DNA from: Candidatus Poribacteria bacterium | Lineage (GTDB): Bacteria > Poribacteria > WGA-4E > WGA-3G | Direction: 5' to 3' | NCBI GenBank assembly: GCA_963666305.1 | Contig: OY762722.1 | Coordinates: 130,037 to 194,036 of the forward strand | DNA: 64,000 bases | Shown: positions 9,480 through 19,534 of the stretch, piece after piece | Layout: each line of letters opens with the position of its first letter | Numbering within the stretch: the stretch's first letter is position 1 | Notes under the pieces: generated by a model | What the model was told of the DNA's origin: nothing | Database searches by the model: none | Seen by the model: the letters and a program-made list of their open reading frames with translations, nothing else | Translations under genes and position numbers: made by a program

Positions 9480-10559
9480 ATGGCATTAAAAGTTGGCGTT
9501 GTCGGCATGAGTGGAATTGGCAATAACCATGCGAATTGCCACGCGAATGACGACTTAGCGGAACTGGTTGCAGTGTGTGACATTATGAAAGAGCGTGCAG
9601 ACAACGCAGCGGAACGGCTCGGTGTAAAGGCATACTACAGCTTAGCTGATATGATTGATGGCGAACCCGACTTGGACATCGTTGATGTTGGCACCGGTGG
9701 AAATGAAAACGGCAGCTGGCACTATGAACCAACAATGGAGGCTCTTGAGAAGGGAAAGCACGTGCTCGTTGAGAAACCGATCTCTAACGATATCGGACAG
9801 GCACGAGACATGGTAGCGAAAGCCACGGAAGAGAACCTCTATCTCGGTTGTAATCTGAATCACTATTTTACACCGCCTGCGGAGCAAGCAAAGAAATATA
9901 TTGACGATGGACACATCGGGGAGATGGTCTATTGTCTTCACAAAATGGGATTCGCTGGCGGTGAATTCGGCTATAGTCACTCGAAAGCCCCTCGGTCAGA
10001 TGGATTTCCCTATTTTCATGTGAAAGCCTTCTTATCGCATCCGTTCAGTGTAATGCGCCATTTCTGCGGCGATGTAACGCACGTCCAAGCCTTCATGGAT
10101 CGCCCTCATTTTAGACGGGGTTCCGGAGATGTGATGGTCTCCATTAACAGCATACACCTCCGTTTTGAAAACGGGTGTATCGGCTACCTATTGAGCCAAC
10201 GTGGTGATGCGACATTCGGTCTCGGCGGTTGGTGGAGTGTTGAACTCGCAGGCACGCGTGGTACCTTTTGCATTGAAAACTGTATCGAAAAGGTGACCTA
10301 TTGGCCCTCCCCGGGTGCGCCTGACTTTTCTGACGAGCCTATTGTCACGGAATCCGGCATCAGCGATTTCGGTGAGACTTTTCCCTTAAGGATTCACGCC
10401 TTTTTAGAGGATGTCACGAACGGCGTACCGAGAGAGCAGCTACGCGCCTCCGGCAGAGATGCACTCGCGGCACTTGAGTATACTTGGGCGGCGATAGAGT
10501 CTTATGAGCAGGGCGGTATCTTGGTGCGTCCACATCCACTTCCGACATTGAACGGGTAA
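9480..10559 (+). CDS. Gfo/Idh/MocA family oxidoreductase
   Basis: 359 aa. N-terminal KVGVVGMSGIGNNHA and an EKP motif (VLVEKPIS) typical of the family. Confidence 0.75.
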   Translation: MALKVGVVGMSGIGNNHANCHANDDLAELVAVCDIMKERADNAAERLGVKAYYSLADMIDGEPDLDIVDVGTGGNENGSWHYEPTMEALEKGKHVLVEKPISNDIGQARDMVAKATEENLYLGCNLNHYFTPPAEQAKKYIDDGHIGEMVYCLHKMGFAGGEFGYSHSKAPRSDGFPYFHVKAFLSHPFSVMRHFCGDVTHVQAFMDRPHFRRGSGDVMVSINSIHLRFENGCIGYLLSQRGDATFGLGGWWSVELAGTRGTFCIENCIEKVTYWPSPGAPDFSDEPIVTESGISDFGETFPLRIHAFLEDVTNGVPREQLRASGRDALAALEYTWAAIESYEQGGILVRPHPLPTLNG

Positions 10560-10612
10560 TCGTTGTAGAGTGGGCAGTGCAATATCTGCCCTCATAGTAA
10601 GGAGAACAACAT

Positions 10613-11410
10613 TTGAAATTAGGAGCAAATTCGGTGCTATTCGGCGGTTACGATATGGAAACCGCCTTTAAGCACATCGCAATGGCTGGCTATGATGGCA
10701 TCGAACTTTCAGCGATCGACGGGATGAGTCAGCATCTCGTGCTCGCGAACTGGCAAGCACTTGCTGCCGACATCAAACGGTTCGCGAAAGAGTACGGACT
10801 CGACCTATTGGCGATGGAACAGCCCTCACGCGATCCAGAACGAATGGAACTGGCATTCCAAGCGGCTGCTGAGATAGGTATTCCGGTTATCAACTGCGGT
10901 CCCGGCGGTACATCGGAGGATGAATCTGCCTGGCCCGAAGTTGTCGATTCATTGGGCAGTCTCTCTGAACGTGCGGAACACTACGGTGTGACGCTCTGCG
11001 TCAAGGCACACGTGGGCGCGAGTATCTATAATACACCAACTACACTTCGCATCATGGAAGCGATTTCATCACCAGCATTTGGCATTGATATGGATCCGTC
11101 CCATATTCATCGTGCAGATGAGAACCCTGTGGAGGCGATTGCGGCAGTGATCTCGCGCGTGAAACATGTACATATTCGAGATTGCAAAGGCACACAGCGC
11201 GGTCCCGGCGATCCTGAATTGCAAGCAAACGGACGCGGGGACATCGACCTCGTCGGCTATATCCGAGTCTTGCATGAAAACGGTTATACCGGTCCGTTGA
11301 ACCTTGAAGTCATTGGTGCGAAAGAGTATAGTTTGGCGCAGTGTTGCACGATTGCGGCAGAATCGCGTGGGCACATGCAGGCATGTTTGCAAGCGTGTGG
11401 TGCACGTTAA
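10613..11410 (+). CDS. sugar phosphate isomerase/epimerase (xylose isomerase-like TIM barrel)
   Basis: 265 aa with a TTG start following a GGAG RBS. AGYDGIELS and downstream His/Asp/Glu metal ligands are typical of the AP-endonuclease-2/xylose-isomerase-like TIM barrel family. Confidence 0.6.
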   Translation: MKLGANSVLFGGYDMETAFKHIAMAGYDGIELSAIDGMSQHLVLANWQALAADIKRFAKEYGLDLLAMEQPSRDPERMELAFQAAAEIGIPVINCGPGGTSEDESAWPEVVDSLGSLSERAEHYGVTLCVKAHVGASIYNTPTTLRIMEAISSPAFGIDMDPSHIHRADENPVEAIAAVISRVKHVHIRDCKGTQRGPGDPELQANGRGDIDLVGYIRVLHENGYTGPLNLEVIGAKEYSLAQCCTIAAESRGHMQACLQACGAR

Positions 11411-11528
11411 TTCATAAATCTGGTAGGCAGGTTTATAGCCTGCCTACTTGTGAAACTTTTTAAATACGTTAAGTATGTCTTTTTGAAGATGCCTTACGCC
11501 ATCTAAAGTAGACGGGAGGAGAAATGCA

Positions 11529-12173
11529 ATGAAAGATAGGAGGCTATTGACTGTACTTCTGATGTGCATCGTTTGCTTTGGCTGTGGATCGGAGAAAACT
11601 TCGGAAAAAGCCACGGACTACAACAGGCGTGGGTTGGCAAAGGCAAAGAGCGGTGAATATAAAGAGGCAATTGAGATGTATAGTGCCGCTATTCTCTTGG
11701 ATCCTGATTACGCAGAAGCCTACAACAATCGGGGAGTAGCAAAGAAAAGGCTCGGTCGATACGAGGCAGCAATTGCCGATTATGACGCAGCGATACGCTT
11801 GGCTCCTGATTTGGGGACGCCTTACAACAACCGTGGGATCATAAAGAAAAATCTCGGTGAATACGAAGCAGCGATCGCCGACCATGACACAGCCATCCGC
11901 CTAAGACCGGATTACGTGAATGCCTATTACAACCGAGGGCTCGCAAAGGCAAAACTCGATCAATACGACGCTGCGATCACGGACTATGATGCCGCGATTC
12001 AATTCAACCCTGAATACACCAAAGCCTACTTTGGTCGAGGATTGGCAAAAAGATCCCTCAACAAAACTTCGGAGGCAAAACAGGATTTTCAAACCGCCTT
12101 AGAACTCGCAACACAGGTGGGCAATGTAGAGATGAAAAGCAATATTGAAAACTTGCTACTCCAATTTAAATAG
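11529..12173 (+). CDS. TPR-repeat lipoprotein
   Basis: Signal peptide with lipobox (LLMCIVCFGCGS). Five or more 34-aa repeats of the form AEAYNNRGxAK..G.YEAAIADYD.AIRL. Confidence 0.75.
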   Translation: MKDRRLLTVLLMCIVCFGCGSEKTSEKATDYNRRGLAKAKSGEYKEAIEMYSAAILLDPDYAEAYNNRGVAKKRLGRYEAAIADYDAAIRLAPDLGTPYNNRGIIKKNLGEYEAAIADHDTAIRLRPDYVNAYYNRGLAKAKLDQYDAAITDYDAAIQFNPEYTKAYFGRGLAKRSLNKTSEAKQDFQTALELATQVGNVEMKSNIENLLLQFK

Positions 12174-12207
12174 TGCGTTCGGAGTCACAATGAGACCGAT
12201 TCTCTTT

Positions 12208-13002
12208 CTATTGAAGTCGGATATCTGATAACGGAATTCCGCTATTAAACATCTGTACTGGTGGAACCGGTTCTTCCACTTCTGCCAATCCACATAACCA
12301 GTTCCATGTCAATTCACCCCTACGACGATCGCGGTAAGATTCCACTTCAGTCACGTACGGATGTCTCCCTTGATGTTGGTAAGGCGGAATCTCATCGGAG
12401 TCTTGCACCCAATCCCGTTGGGGCATAGCGATACGGAAGTAGGAAAACTTGATCATTCCGCGTCTATCGGCATTAAGTTTTGGACCTGCTTTATGCCAGA
12501 TGCCGTAGCGTGTCATCGCGACGGTGCCTGCTGGAACGGTAAGGGAGAGTTGTCCGAGGATGTCGCCATAATGGGCGATCGCTTCCCTATCCACAAGTCG
12601 ATGGTGGGAACCGGGCAATATCATCGTTGGTCCATCCTCAATCTTCACCTCTTTCGGATAATAGTAGCACTGAAGATGTGTGATACCGTACCCGTATTCG
12701 GTAAGCCCGTCGGAATGCCATGTTTGCCCGCGGTGCGGTGCTTCAAAGAGATGATGGTGTGCGCTTGTTGGCACAAGGAAATTCTCACCTAAGAGCGATC
12801 GGACAACTCCTGCAACCTCCGGATGGAGCAACACATTCCGGCGAAACTCGTCTGTAAGAACGAAATCGTTGAGATGTCCGCCGTTCACCGATTCACATTC
12901 TCGGTTAAAGTCGGCATCAATGATGTTCTCTAAGGTGATGTAGCCGTTGTGGATAAACTGCATGACCTGGACGTCATTCAGCGTCGGTTCAACGTTAATC
13001 AT
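12208..13002 (-). CDS. phytanoyl-CoA dioxygenase (PhyH) family Fe(II)/2-oxoglutarate oxygenase
   Basis: 264 aa. WHSDG (HxD iron-binding) motif and the general PhyH pattern are present. Confidence 0.55.
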   Translation of the reverse strand: MINVEPTLNDVQVMQFIHNGYITLENIIDADFNRECESVNGGHLNDFVLTDEFRRNVLLHPEVAGVVRSLLGENFLVPTSAHHHLFEAPHRGQTWHSDGLTEYGYGITHLQCYYYPKEVKIEDGPTMILPGSHHRLVDREAIAHYGDILGQLSLTVPAGTVAMTRYGIWHKAGPKLNADRRGMIKFSYFRIAMPQRDWVQDSDEIPPYQHQGRHPYVTEVESYRDRRRGELTWNWLCGLAEVEEPVPPVQMFNSGIPLSDIRLQ

Positions 13003-13014
13003 TATGTCCTTCCT

Positions 13015-13407
13015 TTACACAAGTTTCTCTAAAATAAACTCATAAGTAAGATAGGCGTTATCAACATCCGAAAAGTTGTAAAGTTCAGGACGCGGAAATT
13101 GGACGATCCGCCATCCATCGCGAACCGCGTCAATCACTGATGTATAAGGGGCATCTTGAGAAGGAAGGATCGGTTCCTCCGGTGCGGTTGCGTCGTATAA
13201 TGCCCATCCGCCAAGCGGTGAGCGTAGATTCGTTGATTTAGAATAGAGATAAAGAATCAGTTGCTTTTCCGAACCCAAAGCGGTCGTCAGACTGCGCAGG
13301 TCAGTTTCAGTCAACTTGCCCGCGTTGAGTTTTTTGATACAATCGTTAATCCACTCTTTTATTACTGATTTCACACAAATTTCTCCCTTCATTGCGATTA
13401 TTATCAT
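13015..13407 (-). CDS. hypothetical protein
   Basis: 130-aa ORF with a plausible start context and no recognisable motif. Confidence 0.35.
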   Translation of the reverse strand: MIIIAMKGEICVKSVIKEWINDCIKKLNAGKLTETDLRSLTTALGSEKQLILYLYSKSTNLRSPLGGWALYDATAPEEPILPSQDAPYTSVIDAVRDGWRIVQFPRPELYNFSDVDNAYLTYEFILEKLV

Positions 13408-13477
13408 TGTAGCACAAAAATGGAAAATATGATATAATAGTTCGTAGTTTGTAGAATCACAACGAAAAGGATTTATT

Positions 13478-14317
13478 ATGAGACTGGAAGGAAAAGTTGC
13501 GATTGTCGCGGGTGCCGCTTGGGGCGGTATTGGAGCGGCGACTGCTTATAGGTTTGCTTGCGAAGGTGCGAAAGTGGTTGTTAACACGCGCCGCCGCCAG
13601 GAAAAACTTGATGAAACTGTCAACCGCATTCAAGATGCCGGTGGAGAAGCAGTCTCTGTCATGGGCGATGTCGCTGACGAAACGACTTGGCAGACACTCG
13701 TTGAAACCGCCTTGTTGAAATATGGGAAAATAACAACCCTCGTCCATAACGCTGCCCACTCCTACACTAAGAAAGCGATTGAATTTTCACTTGAAGAATG
13801 GAATGAAAGTCTTGGTGTGACGCTCGGCGGACCGTGGCTCGGTGCGAAGTACTGTATCCCCGAAATGATCCGTAATGGTGGCGGTGCCTTGGTCTTCATC
13901 TCTACGGTTAACGCTACAATTACAAATCCAGGATTTGGGCTTTACGGTGCCGGAAAGGGTGGTTTGAACGCCCTAACGCGAAGTATTGCACTTGATTACG
14001 GTAGGGAAGGCATCCGTGCGAACGCTATCGCCCCGGGACAGATTGTTGGCGAAAGAGGTAAAGCCTCTCTCGCTGAGGATACACTTGAAGAACAAGCCTC
14101 TCGTGATTGTTATCCGATTGGTCGCTATGGGAAACCTGAAGACATTGCCAATGCTGCGCTCTTTTTGGCATCTGATGAGTCGGATTTCGTTACTGGGATC
14201 GTCTTGACTGCCGATGGTGGTTTGACGCTTCAGTCTCCGGAGGCACTCGTGCGTCCATCCTTCCGTCTTCGCTGGAGAGACGATATTCTTGTCCCGCAAT
14301 CCAAAAAAGATGTGTAG
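13478..14317 (+). CDS. SDR family oxidoreductase
   Basis: LEGKVAIVAGAAWGGIGAA glycine-rich NAD(P)-binding motif, NAAH and a YxxxK catalytic region (YGAGK). Confidence 0.8.
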   Translation: MRLEGKVAIVAGAAWGGIGAATAYRFACEGAKVVVNTRRRQEKLDETVNRIQDAGGEAVSVMGDVADETTWQTLVETALLKYGKITTLVHNAAHSYTKKAIEFSLEEWNESLGVTLGGPWLGAKYCIPEMIRNGGGALVFISTVNATITNPGFGLYGAGKGGLNALTRSIALDYGREGIRANAIAPGQIVGERGKASLAEDTLEEQASRDCYPIGRYGKPEDIANAALFLASDESDFVTGIVLTADGGLTLQSPEALVRPSFRLRWRDDILVPQSKKDV

Positions 14318-14377
14318 GGCAAATCCCCGTTTTGTAGGTATAGGCATCTATGCTTATCCTTTTTTAGGAGATAAAAA

Positions 14378-15094
14378 ATGTGTGGACGATTTACTTTTGC
14401 AAGCGATGCTGAAGCATTGAATCAAACTTTCTTCAACTTTGCGATGCCAATGGACTTGTCCCCGCGCTACAATATCTCACCAACACAAGATGTAGCTGTT
14501 ATTGCAAATACGCCGACTGATACAGCGGAACGTCCAGAAATTGGACAGATAGAGTTCTTTCACTGGGGACTCATTCCGTCTTGGGCAAAAGACCCCAAGA
14601 TCGGAAATCGGATGATCAATGCCCGTTCGGAGACTCTCTCAGAAAAACCGTCTTTCCGAAACGCGTACAAGCGCAGGCGATGTCTTATTTTGTCAGATGG
14701 CTACTACGAATGGAGAAAGATACCCGGTGACAGTCTCAAACAACCGGTGTACATTCGTCTCAAATCCCAGAAGCCGTTTGCCCTCGCGGGGTTATGGGAG
14801 GTATGGCAGACGGATGGGATGGATGAACCGCTTCGCTCCTGCACCATTATTACATGCCCGCCTAACGCTTTGTTGGAGGAAATTCATCATAGAATGCCTG
14901 TAATTCTCCCGCAAGACGCTTATGCGGAGTGGCTTACACCGAATCAACAACCGGCAGATACCTTGCAACCTCTTCTTGTTCCGTACCCCGATGCGGAGAT
15001 GGAGGCGTACCCGGTGTCAAGGTTTGTCAACCGTCCTACGAATGATTCGCCAGAATGTATCGCGCCTTTTGAAGTTTCACAATTCTTGAACTGA
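14378..15094 (+). CDS. SOS-response associated peptidase (SRAP/YedK, abasic-site processing protein)
   Basis: Starts MCGRFT, with the invariant Cys2 of the SRAP/HMCES family. 238 aa. Confidence 0.8.
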   Translation: MCGRFTFASDAEALNQTFFNFAMPMDLSPRYNISPTQDVAVIANTPTDTAERPEIGQIEFFHWGLIPSWAKDPKIGNRMINARSETLSEKPSFRNAYKRRRCLILSDGYYEWRKIPGDSLKQPVYIRLKSQKPFALAGLWEVWQTDGMDEPLRSCTIITCPPNALLEEIHHRMPVILPQDAYAEWLTPNQQPADTLQPLLVPYPDAEMEAYPVSRFVNRPTNDSPECIAPFEVSQFLN

Positions 15095-15157
15095 ATGCCT
15101 ATGAAACTGGCAAAACCTCTTTAACGCTTGTACCAAGATAGAGAATAGGAAGGAATT

Positions 15158-16144
15158 ATGTCAAAACCGAGTAAAGATCAGATGCTTTACATGTATCGCA
15201 AAATGATAGAGATTCGTCAATTTGAAGAAGCCGCTGGAACGCTTTACCAGAGTGGTCAACTTCCCGGTTTCTTGCATCTTTATATCGGCGAAGAAGCCAC
15301 AGCAGTAGGGGTTTGTGCCCACTTGCAAGATGATGATTACATCACGAGTACACATCGTGGTCACGGTCATCTTATTGCGAAGGGTGGCAAACGCGACCGG
15401 ATGATGGCGGAGTTGTTCGCACGTACGACCGGTTATTGTAAAGGCAAGGGTGGTTCGATGCATATCGCCGATAAAGAGACCGGTATTCTGGGTGCCAACG
15501 GCGTTGTCGGGGCAGGTATTCCGCTCGCAGCGGGTGCCGGACTCTCTGCTAAACTGCGTGGGACACAGCAAGTGGCAGTGTCTTTCTTTGGTGATGGCGC
15601 GACGAACCAAGGCGTGTTCCATGAAACGCTCAACCTCGCTGCCGTATGGGCATTACCTGTTATCTTTGTGTGTGAAAATAACCGATTCGGCATGGGAACA
15701 CCGCAACGAGAGCATCAGCGGGTAGTGGATATTGCGGCTGTCCGTGCTCCTGCCTACGATATGCCGGGAATCACCGTTGATGGGAACGATGTCCTCAAGG
15801 TTTACGCCGCAGCGGACGAAGCCGTTACACGCGCACGTGAAGGCGGTGGACCGACGCTCCTCAACTGCGACACCTACAGATTCCGAGGGCATCACATCGG
15901 TGATCCGGGAACATCTTACCGCGACCGCGAGGAAGTCCAAGAGCAGGAACGACAACGCGATCCCATCCGAAGACTCGTCCAAGTTCTCATCGATGAAGAG
16001 GGTATGAGCCAAGACGAACTCTCGGCACTTGAAACCGAACTCGCAAACGAACTTGAAGAGGCACTTGAGTTCGCCAAGAGTAGTCCGGAGCCACTTCCAG
16101 AAGATGCTTTGAACGATCTTTACGCGGGTTCTATCCAGCCGTAA
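15158..16144 (+). CDS. pdhA: TPP-dependent 2-oxoacid (pyruvate/acetoin) dehydrogenase E1 component alpha subunit
   Basis: 328 aa. GDGATNQG TPP-binding motif and the YR.HG phospho-loop (YRFRGHHIGD) are present. No E1-beta gene follows. Confidence 0.75.
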   Translation: MSKPSKDQMLYMYRKMIEIRQFEEAAGTLYQSGQLPGFLHLYIGEEATAVGVCAHLQDDDYITSTHRGHGHLIAKGGKRDRMMAELFARTTGYCKGKGGSMHIADKETGILGANGVVGAGIPLAAGAGLSAKLRGTQQVAVSFFGDGATNQGVFHETLNLAAVWALPVIFVCENNRFGMGTPQREHQRVVDIAAVRAPAYDMPGITVDGNDVLKVYAAADEAVTRAREGGGPTLLNCDTYRFRGHHIGDPGTSYRDREEVQEQERQRDPIRRLVQVLIDEEGMSQDELSALETELANELEEALEFAKSSPEPLPEDALNDLYAGSIQP

Positions 16145-16185
16145 TTATTGTCAAGGTTATTATAGTTGAAGGATTCACATCTGCA

Positions 16186-16213
16186 GGCGAGGTTTGTAAC
16201 CTCGCCTTTTTTT
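16186..16213 (+). terminator. rho-independent terminator after pdhA-like gene
   Basis: The stem GGCGAGGTT, loop TGT and stem AACCTCGCC are followed by TTTTTTT. Confidence 0.6.
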
Positions 16214-16220
16214 ACCACTC

Positions 16221-18152
16221 ATGAGAGAAGACGAACACCCGAAATCGCACGGTGTCACTTGGAAGTCTGTTGTCATTACGCTCGTACTGATCCCGTTTAA
16301 TTTCTATTGGATCATTGCGGGTGAAGTCGGGCTTGTTGGTTATGCGCTGAATACCTACGCTGTGCCGTTTTACAATGTCGTCTTCGTCGTGTTTGCTTTC
16401 ACACTTCTCAATTTCGCAGTTCGCCGCCGCTTATTCACCGATGCGGAACTCCTCACGATATACATCCTGCTTAGCACGGCGTGCGCTTTCCCCTCCATTA
16501 CGCTGATGACGATTCTCGTCACAACCGTCGGACATGCCTTCTGGTTCGCAACCCCTGAAAACGAATGGAAACAACTCTTCTATGATTACCTTCCGAGATG
16601 GCTTCTTGTCGACGATTCAAAGGCACTGACGGGTTATTATACAGGAGAATCAAGTCTCTCTATTGTAGATATAATTGGTGTATGGATAGTGCCAATCTTA
16701 TCTTGGGCAGCGTTTATGACAGTCCTGGTCCTTGTGATGTTGTGTATCAACGTCATTTTACGGAAACAGTGGGTGGAACGCGAACGGCTCGCTTATCCGA
16801 TCACGCAGATTGCGTTTCACGTCACTCATAACACGAAATCGCTGTTTTCGCACCGCATCACATGGCTCGGATTCGGAATTGCGGCATCTATCGCGATTCT
16901 CAACGGTTTTAGTTTTTTGTACCCGACGCTTCCTACCTTACCGATTAAGCGGATCGGCGGTTGGCGCGGGTTCGGACACTTGTTCACAGAAAAGCCGTGG
17001 AACGCGATCGGTGGCATCAGTATGTCTTATTACCCGTTCGTTATCGGACTTGGGTTATTGATGCCGCTCGACTTATCGTTCTCCAGTTGGTTTTTCTTTC
17101 TTTTTTACAAGGCACAGTTGGTCTTCGCAAGTGCCGTGGGTCTGTCCAGCCTGCCGGGATTTCCATACATTGATAGACAGTGCTTCGGTGCTGCCATCGG
17201 GATTTTCATTTCTGTTGTAGTCCTGAACTTGCGTCACTTTCGCGGGGTTTTCCGTATCGCACGCCATCGCACAGGCGAAGATGCCGACGAACCGATTTCC
17301 TATAGGCTTGCTCTCTGGGGCATCGTTGTCGGACTCGTGTTGCTTTTTATTTTCTCCAAACGCATCGGTATGTCTCTCTGGTTAATTCCGTTGTTTTTTG
17401 CTATCTATTTTATCATCGTTTTGGTGCTCACGCGAATGCGCGCAGAGCAGGGGTTCCCCGTGCATGCGATGGAAAACATGCCGAATCATCATATCCTCGT
17501 CGACGGTTTCGGCACGCGGATGTTGGGCACAAACAACCTCGTTGCTCTAACGCTTTACCGTTGGTTTAATCGGAGTTACACGAGCAATCCGATGCCGCAC
17601 CAATTAGAGGGTTTTAAACTCTCGGAACGCTCTGGAATTGCATCCGGACGGTTGTTCTTCGCGCTGTTAGGGGTTTCGGCATTCGCTGCCGTGATGGTGT
17701 TCGGCGTTATCCTTTATATCTTCTATACCTATGGTGCTTTGAACATGAGCGGTGGCAGCGGTTGGTCAACAGGGTTCGGTGGACGCGTTTTCAACGGGCT
17801 CCAGCGTTGGATCTATTACCCTACTGAACCGAATCTCTATGCGACTGGCGGTATCGCGTTTGGCTTACTCTTTTCGACGCTCCTGATGTTTATGCGGGCG
17901 CGTTTCTTCTGGTGGCCCTTCCACCCGATCGGGTTCGTCGTCTCCAGTGATTGGGGCATGCGGTATTTGTGGAGTTGTATGCTGGTGAGTTCGATTATCA
18001 AGTGGGCAATCTTGAAAATCAGTGGGCCGCGGGCATCACAGCAGTTGGTAATGTTTGCGATTGGCTTGATGTTAGGTGATTTCACCGTGGGTGGTATCTG
18101 GAGTCTTGTGAGTGTGGTGACGCAACAACCGATGTATAATTTCTGGCCATAG
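16221..18152 (+). CDS. polytopic integral membrane protein of unknown function
   Basis: 643 aa with at least 12 hydrophobic helices and no transporter signature I can name. Confidence 0.5.
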   Translation: MREDEHPKSHGVTWKSVVITLVLIPFNFYWIIAGEVGLVGYALNTYAVPFYNVVFVVFAFTLLNFAVRRRLFTDAELLTIYILLSTACAFPSITLMTILVTTVGHAFWFATPENEWKQLFYDYLPRWLLVDDSKALTGYYTGESSLSIVDIIGVWIVPILSWAAFMTVLVLVMLCINVILRKQWVERERLAYPITQIAFHVTHNTKSLFSHRITWLGFGIAASIAILNGFSFLYPTLPTLPIKRIGGWRGFGHLFTEKPWNAIGGISMSYYPFVIGLGLLMPLDLSFSSWFFFLFYKAQLVFASAVGLSSLPGFPYIDRQCFGAAIGIFISVVVLNLRHFRGVFRIARHRTGEDADEPISYRLALWGIVVGLVLLFIFSKRIGMSLWLIPLFFAIYFIIVLVLTRMRAEQGFPVHAMENMPNHHILVDGFGTRMLGTNNLVALTLYRWFNRSYTSNPMPHQLEGFKLSERSGIASGRLFFALLGVSAFAAVMVFGVILYIFYTYGALNMSGGSGWSTGFGGRVFNGLQRWIYYPTEPNLYATGGIAFGLLFSTLLMFMRARFFWWPFHPIGFVVSSDWGMRYLWSCMLVSSIIKWAILKISGPRASQQLVMFAIGLMLGDFTVGGIWSLVSVVTQQPMYNFWP

Positions 18153-18241
18153 GATGAGATGATACCTTCGCGTACTCGTTTGATTTTAGAGGACCTTAAT
18201 TTGAGAAATTGTTAGAGATGTGCTACAATTTTTGATAAAAG

Positions 18242-18484
18242 ATGAACACAAAAAAGGACGAACTATCACAACTTGACCTATGCCTTAATAACGCAGGATA
18301 CCCCGCTTCTCTTGAGGTAGGGAAAGTATATCGTGTGATCCAAGATGACGAAGCCGCATCTCACGGTTACATCCGCGTCATAGACGAAAGCGGCGAAGAT
18401 TATGCCTATACAATTAACCGTTTTCACCTCATCCAACTACCCAGTGCTGTCGAAAAGGCACTGTTGGATTCGTCACCGAGATAG
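18242..18484 (+). CDS. hypothetical small protein
   Basis: 80-aa ORF followed by a strong intrinsic terminator. Confidence 0.35.
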   Translation: MNTKKDELSQLDLCLNNAGYPASLEVGKVYRVIQDDEAASHGYIRVIDESGEDYAYTINRFHLIQLPSAVEKALLDSSPR

Positions 18485-18505
18485 ATTCTATTTTACTGTA
18501 ATTAA

Positions 18506-18538
18506 AACGGGAAAACCGAAGAGGTCTTCCCGTTTTTT
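18506..18538 (+). terminator. rho-independent terminator
   Basis: AACGGGAA, a 13-nt loop, TTCCCGTT and then TTTT. Confidence 0.6.
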
Positions 18539-18539
18539 G

Positions 18540-18568
18540 TTGCACGCCAAACCGTTTCGTGCTATCCT
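18540..18568 (+). promoter_or_regulatory. putative sigma70-like promoter for the NTase/VWA operon
   Basis: TTGCAC, a 17-nt spacer and TATCCT, followed by an AAGGAG RBS and the ATG at 18590. Confidence 0.35.
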
Positions 18569-18589
18569 ATTCTCTAAGGAGATAGGAGT

Positions 18590-19534
18590 ATGAGCACCCA
18601 TCACACAGCGAAAGATTTATCCCCTGAAGAATTAGCAGTATACCGTCGACGGCTCGATCAACACTTGCAGAACCGGAAGGTAGATGAAGCCTTACTGCAG
18701 CGCGCCTGGCAAATAGCACATCAAGTAGCCACCATGCTTTATGAAGACTTTGGGGCAACACAGGTTGCCGTATTCGGCTCGCTCGCGCAGCAGACATGGT
18801 TTTCAAAATCGTCGGATATTGATATCGCTGTCTGGGGGATGCCATCTGATTTATATTTTCGCGCTGTCGCACAAACCATCGGGTTTAGCCAAGAATTCAG
18901 AATAGATTTAGTCAATTTTGACAATTGTAAAGGGCAGTTTCGCGAACGTGTTCAGAATCAAGCCGTGCCCATTCAAAAAAACGGAATCTGCTTTGACACA
19001 ACTACTGCACAGGATCGCCAAAGAACGCTTATAAGAAAAGAGGAAACTAACGCAGTGAATCAGGAGGAATTAATACAGCGCATTTCCGATGGATATACAA
19101 ACGTAGAAGATGCAGTTCGACGCATCGGGGAAGCTTTGGGAAATATTGAAGATGCCCCGGCGCGGTACAGACGGAGTATAGAACTTGAGATTGCCAGGTA
19201 CCTCTACGATTTCTATAAGCAATTGGAAAACATTTTCGTGCGAATCGCACGCGAGGTTGACCGATCATTGCCTGCCGGGGAAGAGTGGCATAAAGCACTC
19301 TTACAGCAAATGGCGGAACCAAAACCGACACGGGTATCTGTCCTGTCCCAAGAAACTTGTGCGGAACTACAGGATCTTTTAGGATTTCGTCACGTTTTTG
19401 TCTATATCTACGGTGCTAAATTGGACTATGAACAAATGCTCAAAAATGCCGAGCGAGTGAACAAGGTATTCCCAAGCGTCTCCAAAGAACTGAACGCCTT
19501 CATTGCCTACCTGGAGAATGAAGAAAATGACTGA
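18590..19534 (+). CDS. minimal (Pol-beta/MNT-type) nucleotidyltransferase fused to a C-terminal alpha-helical HEPN-like/substrate-binding-like domain
   Basis: VAVFGSLAQQTWFSKSSDIDIAVWG (hG[GS]...[DE]h[DE]h) and the downstream RIDLV third acidic residue are present. A C-terminal helical domain of ~170 aa carries a degenerate RxxxxYxY in place of the HEPN Rx4HxY. The gene overlaps the next gene by 8 nt. Confidence 0.6.
   Translation: MSTHHTAKDLSPEELAVYRRRLDQHLQNRKVDEALLQRAWQIAHQVATMLYEDFGATQVAVFGSLAQQTWFSKSSDIDIAVWGMPSDLYFRAVAQTIGFSQEFRIDLVNFDNCKGQFRERVQNQAVPIQKNGICFDTTTAQDRQRTLIRKEETNAVNQEELIQRISDGYTNVEDAVRRIGEALGNIEDAPARYRRSIELEIARYLYDFYKQLENIFVRIAREVDRSLPAGEEWHKALLQQMAEPKPTRVSVLSQETCAELQDLLGFRHVFVYIYGAKLDYEQMLKNAERVNKVFPSVSKELNAFIAYLENEEND

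Noticed and set aside
18590-19534. The NTase could be a cGAS/DncV-like CD-NTase (CBASS cyclase).
   Set aside because: The motif spacing and residues (GS followed by x10 SDIDI, then IDLV) fit minimal MNT-type nucleotidyltransferases. The R-G-T/[YF] features of CD-NTases are absent, and no effector with SAVED, TIR, patatin or TM domains is adjacent.
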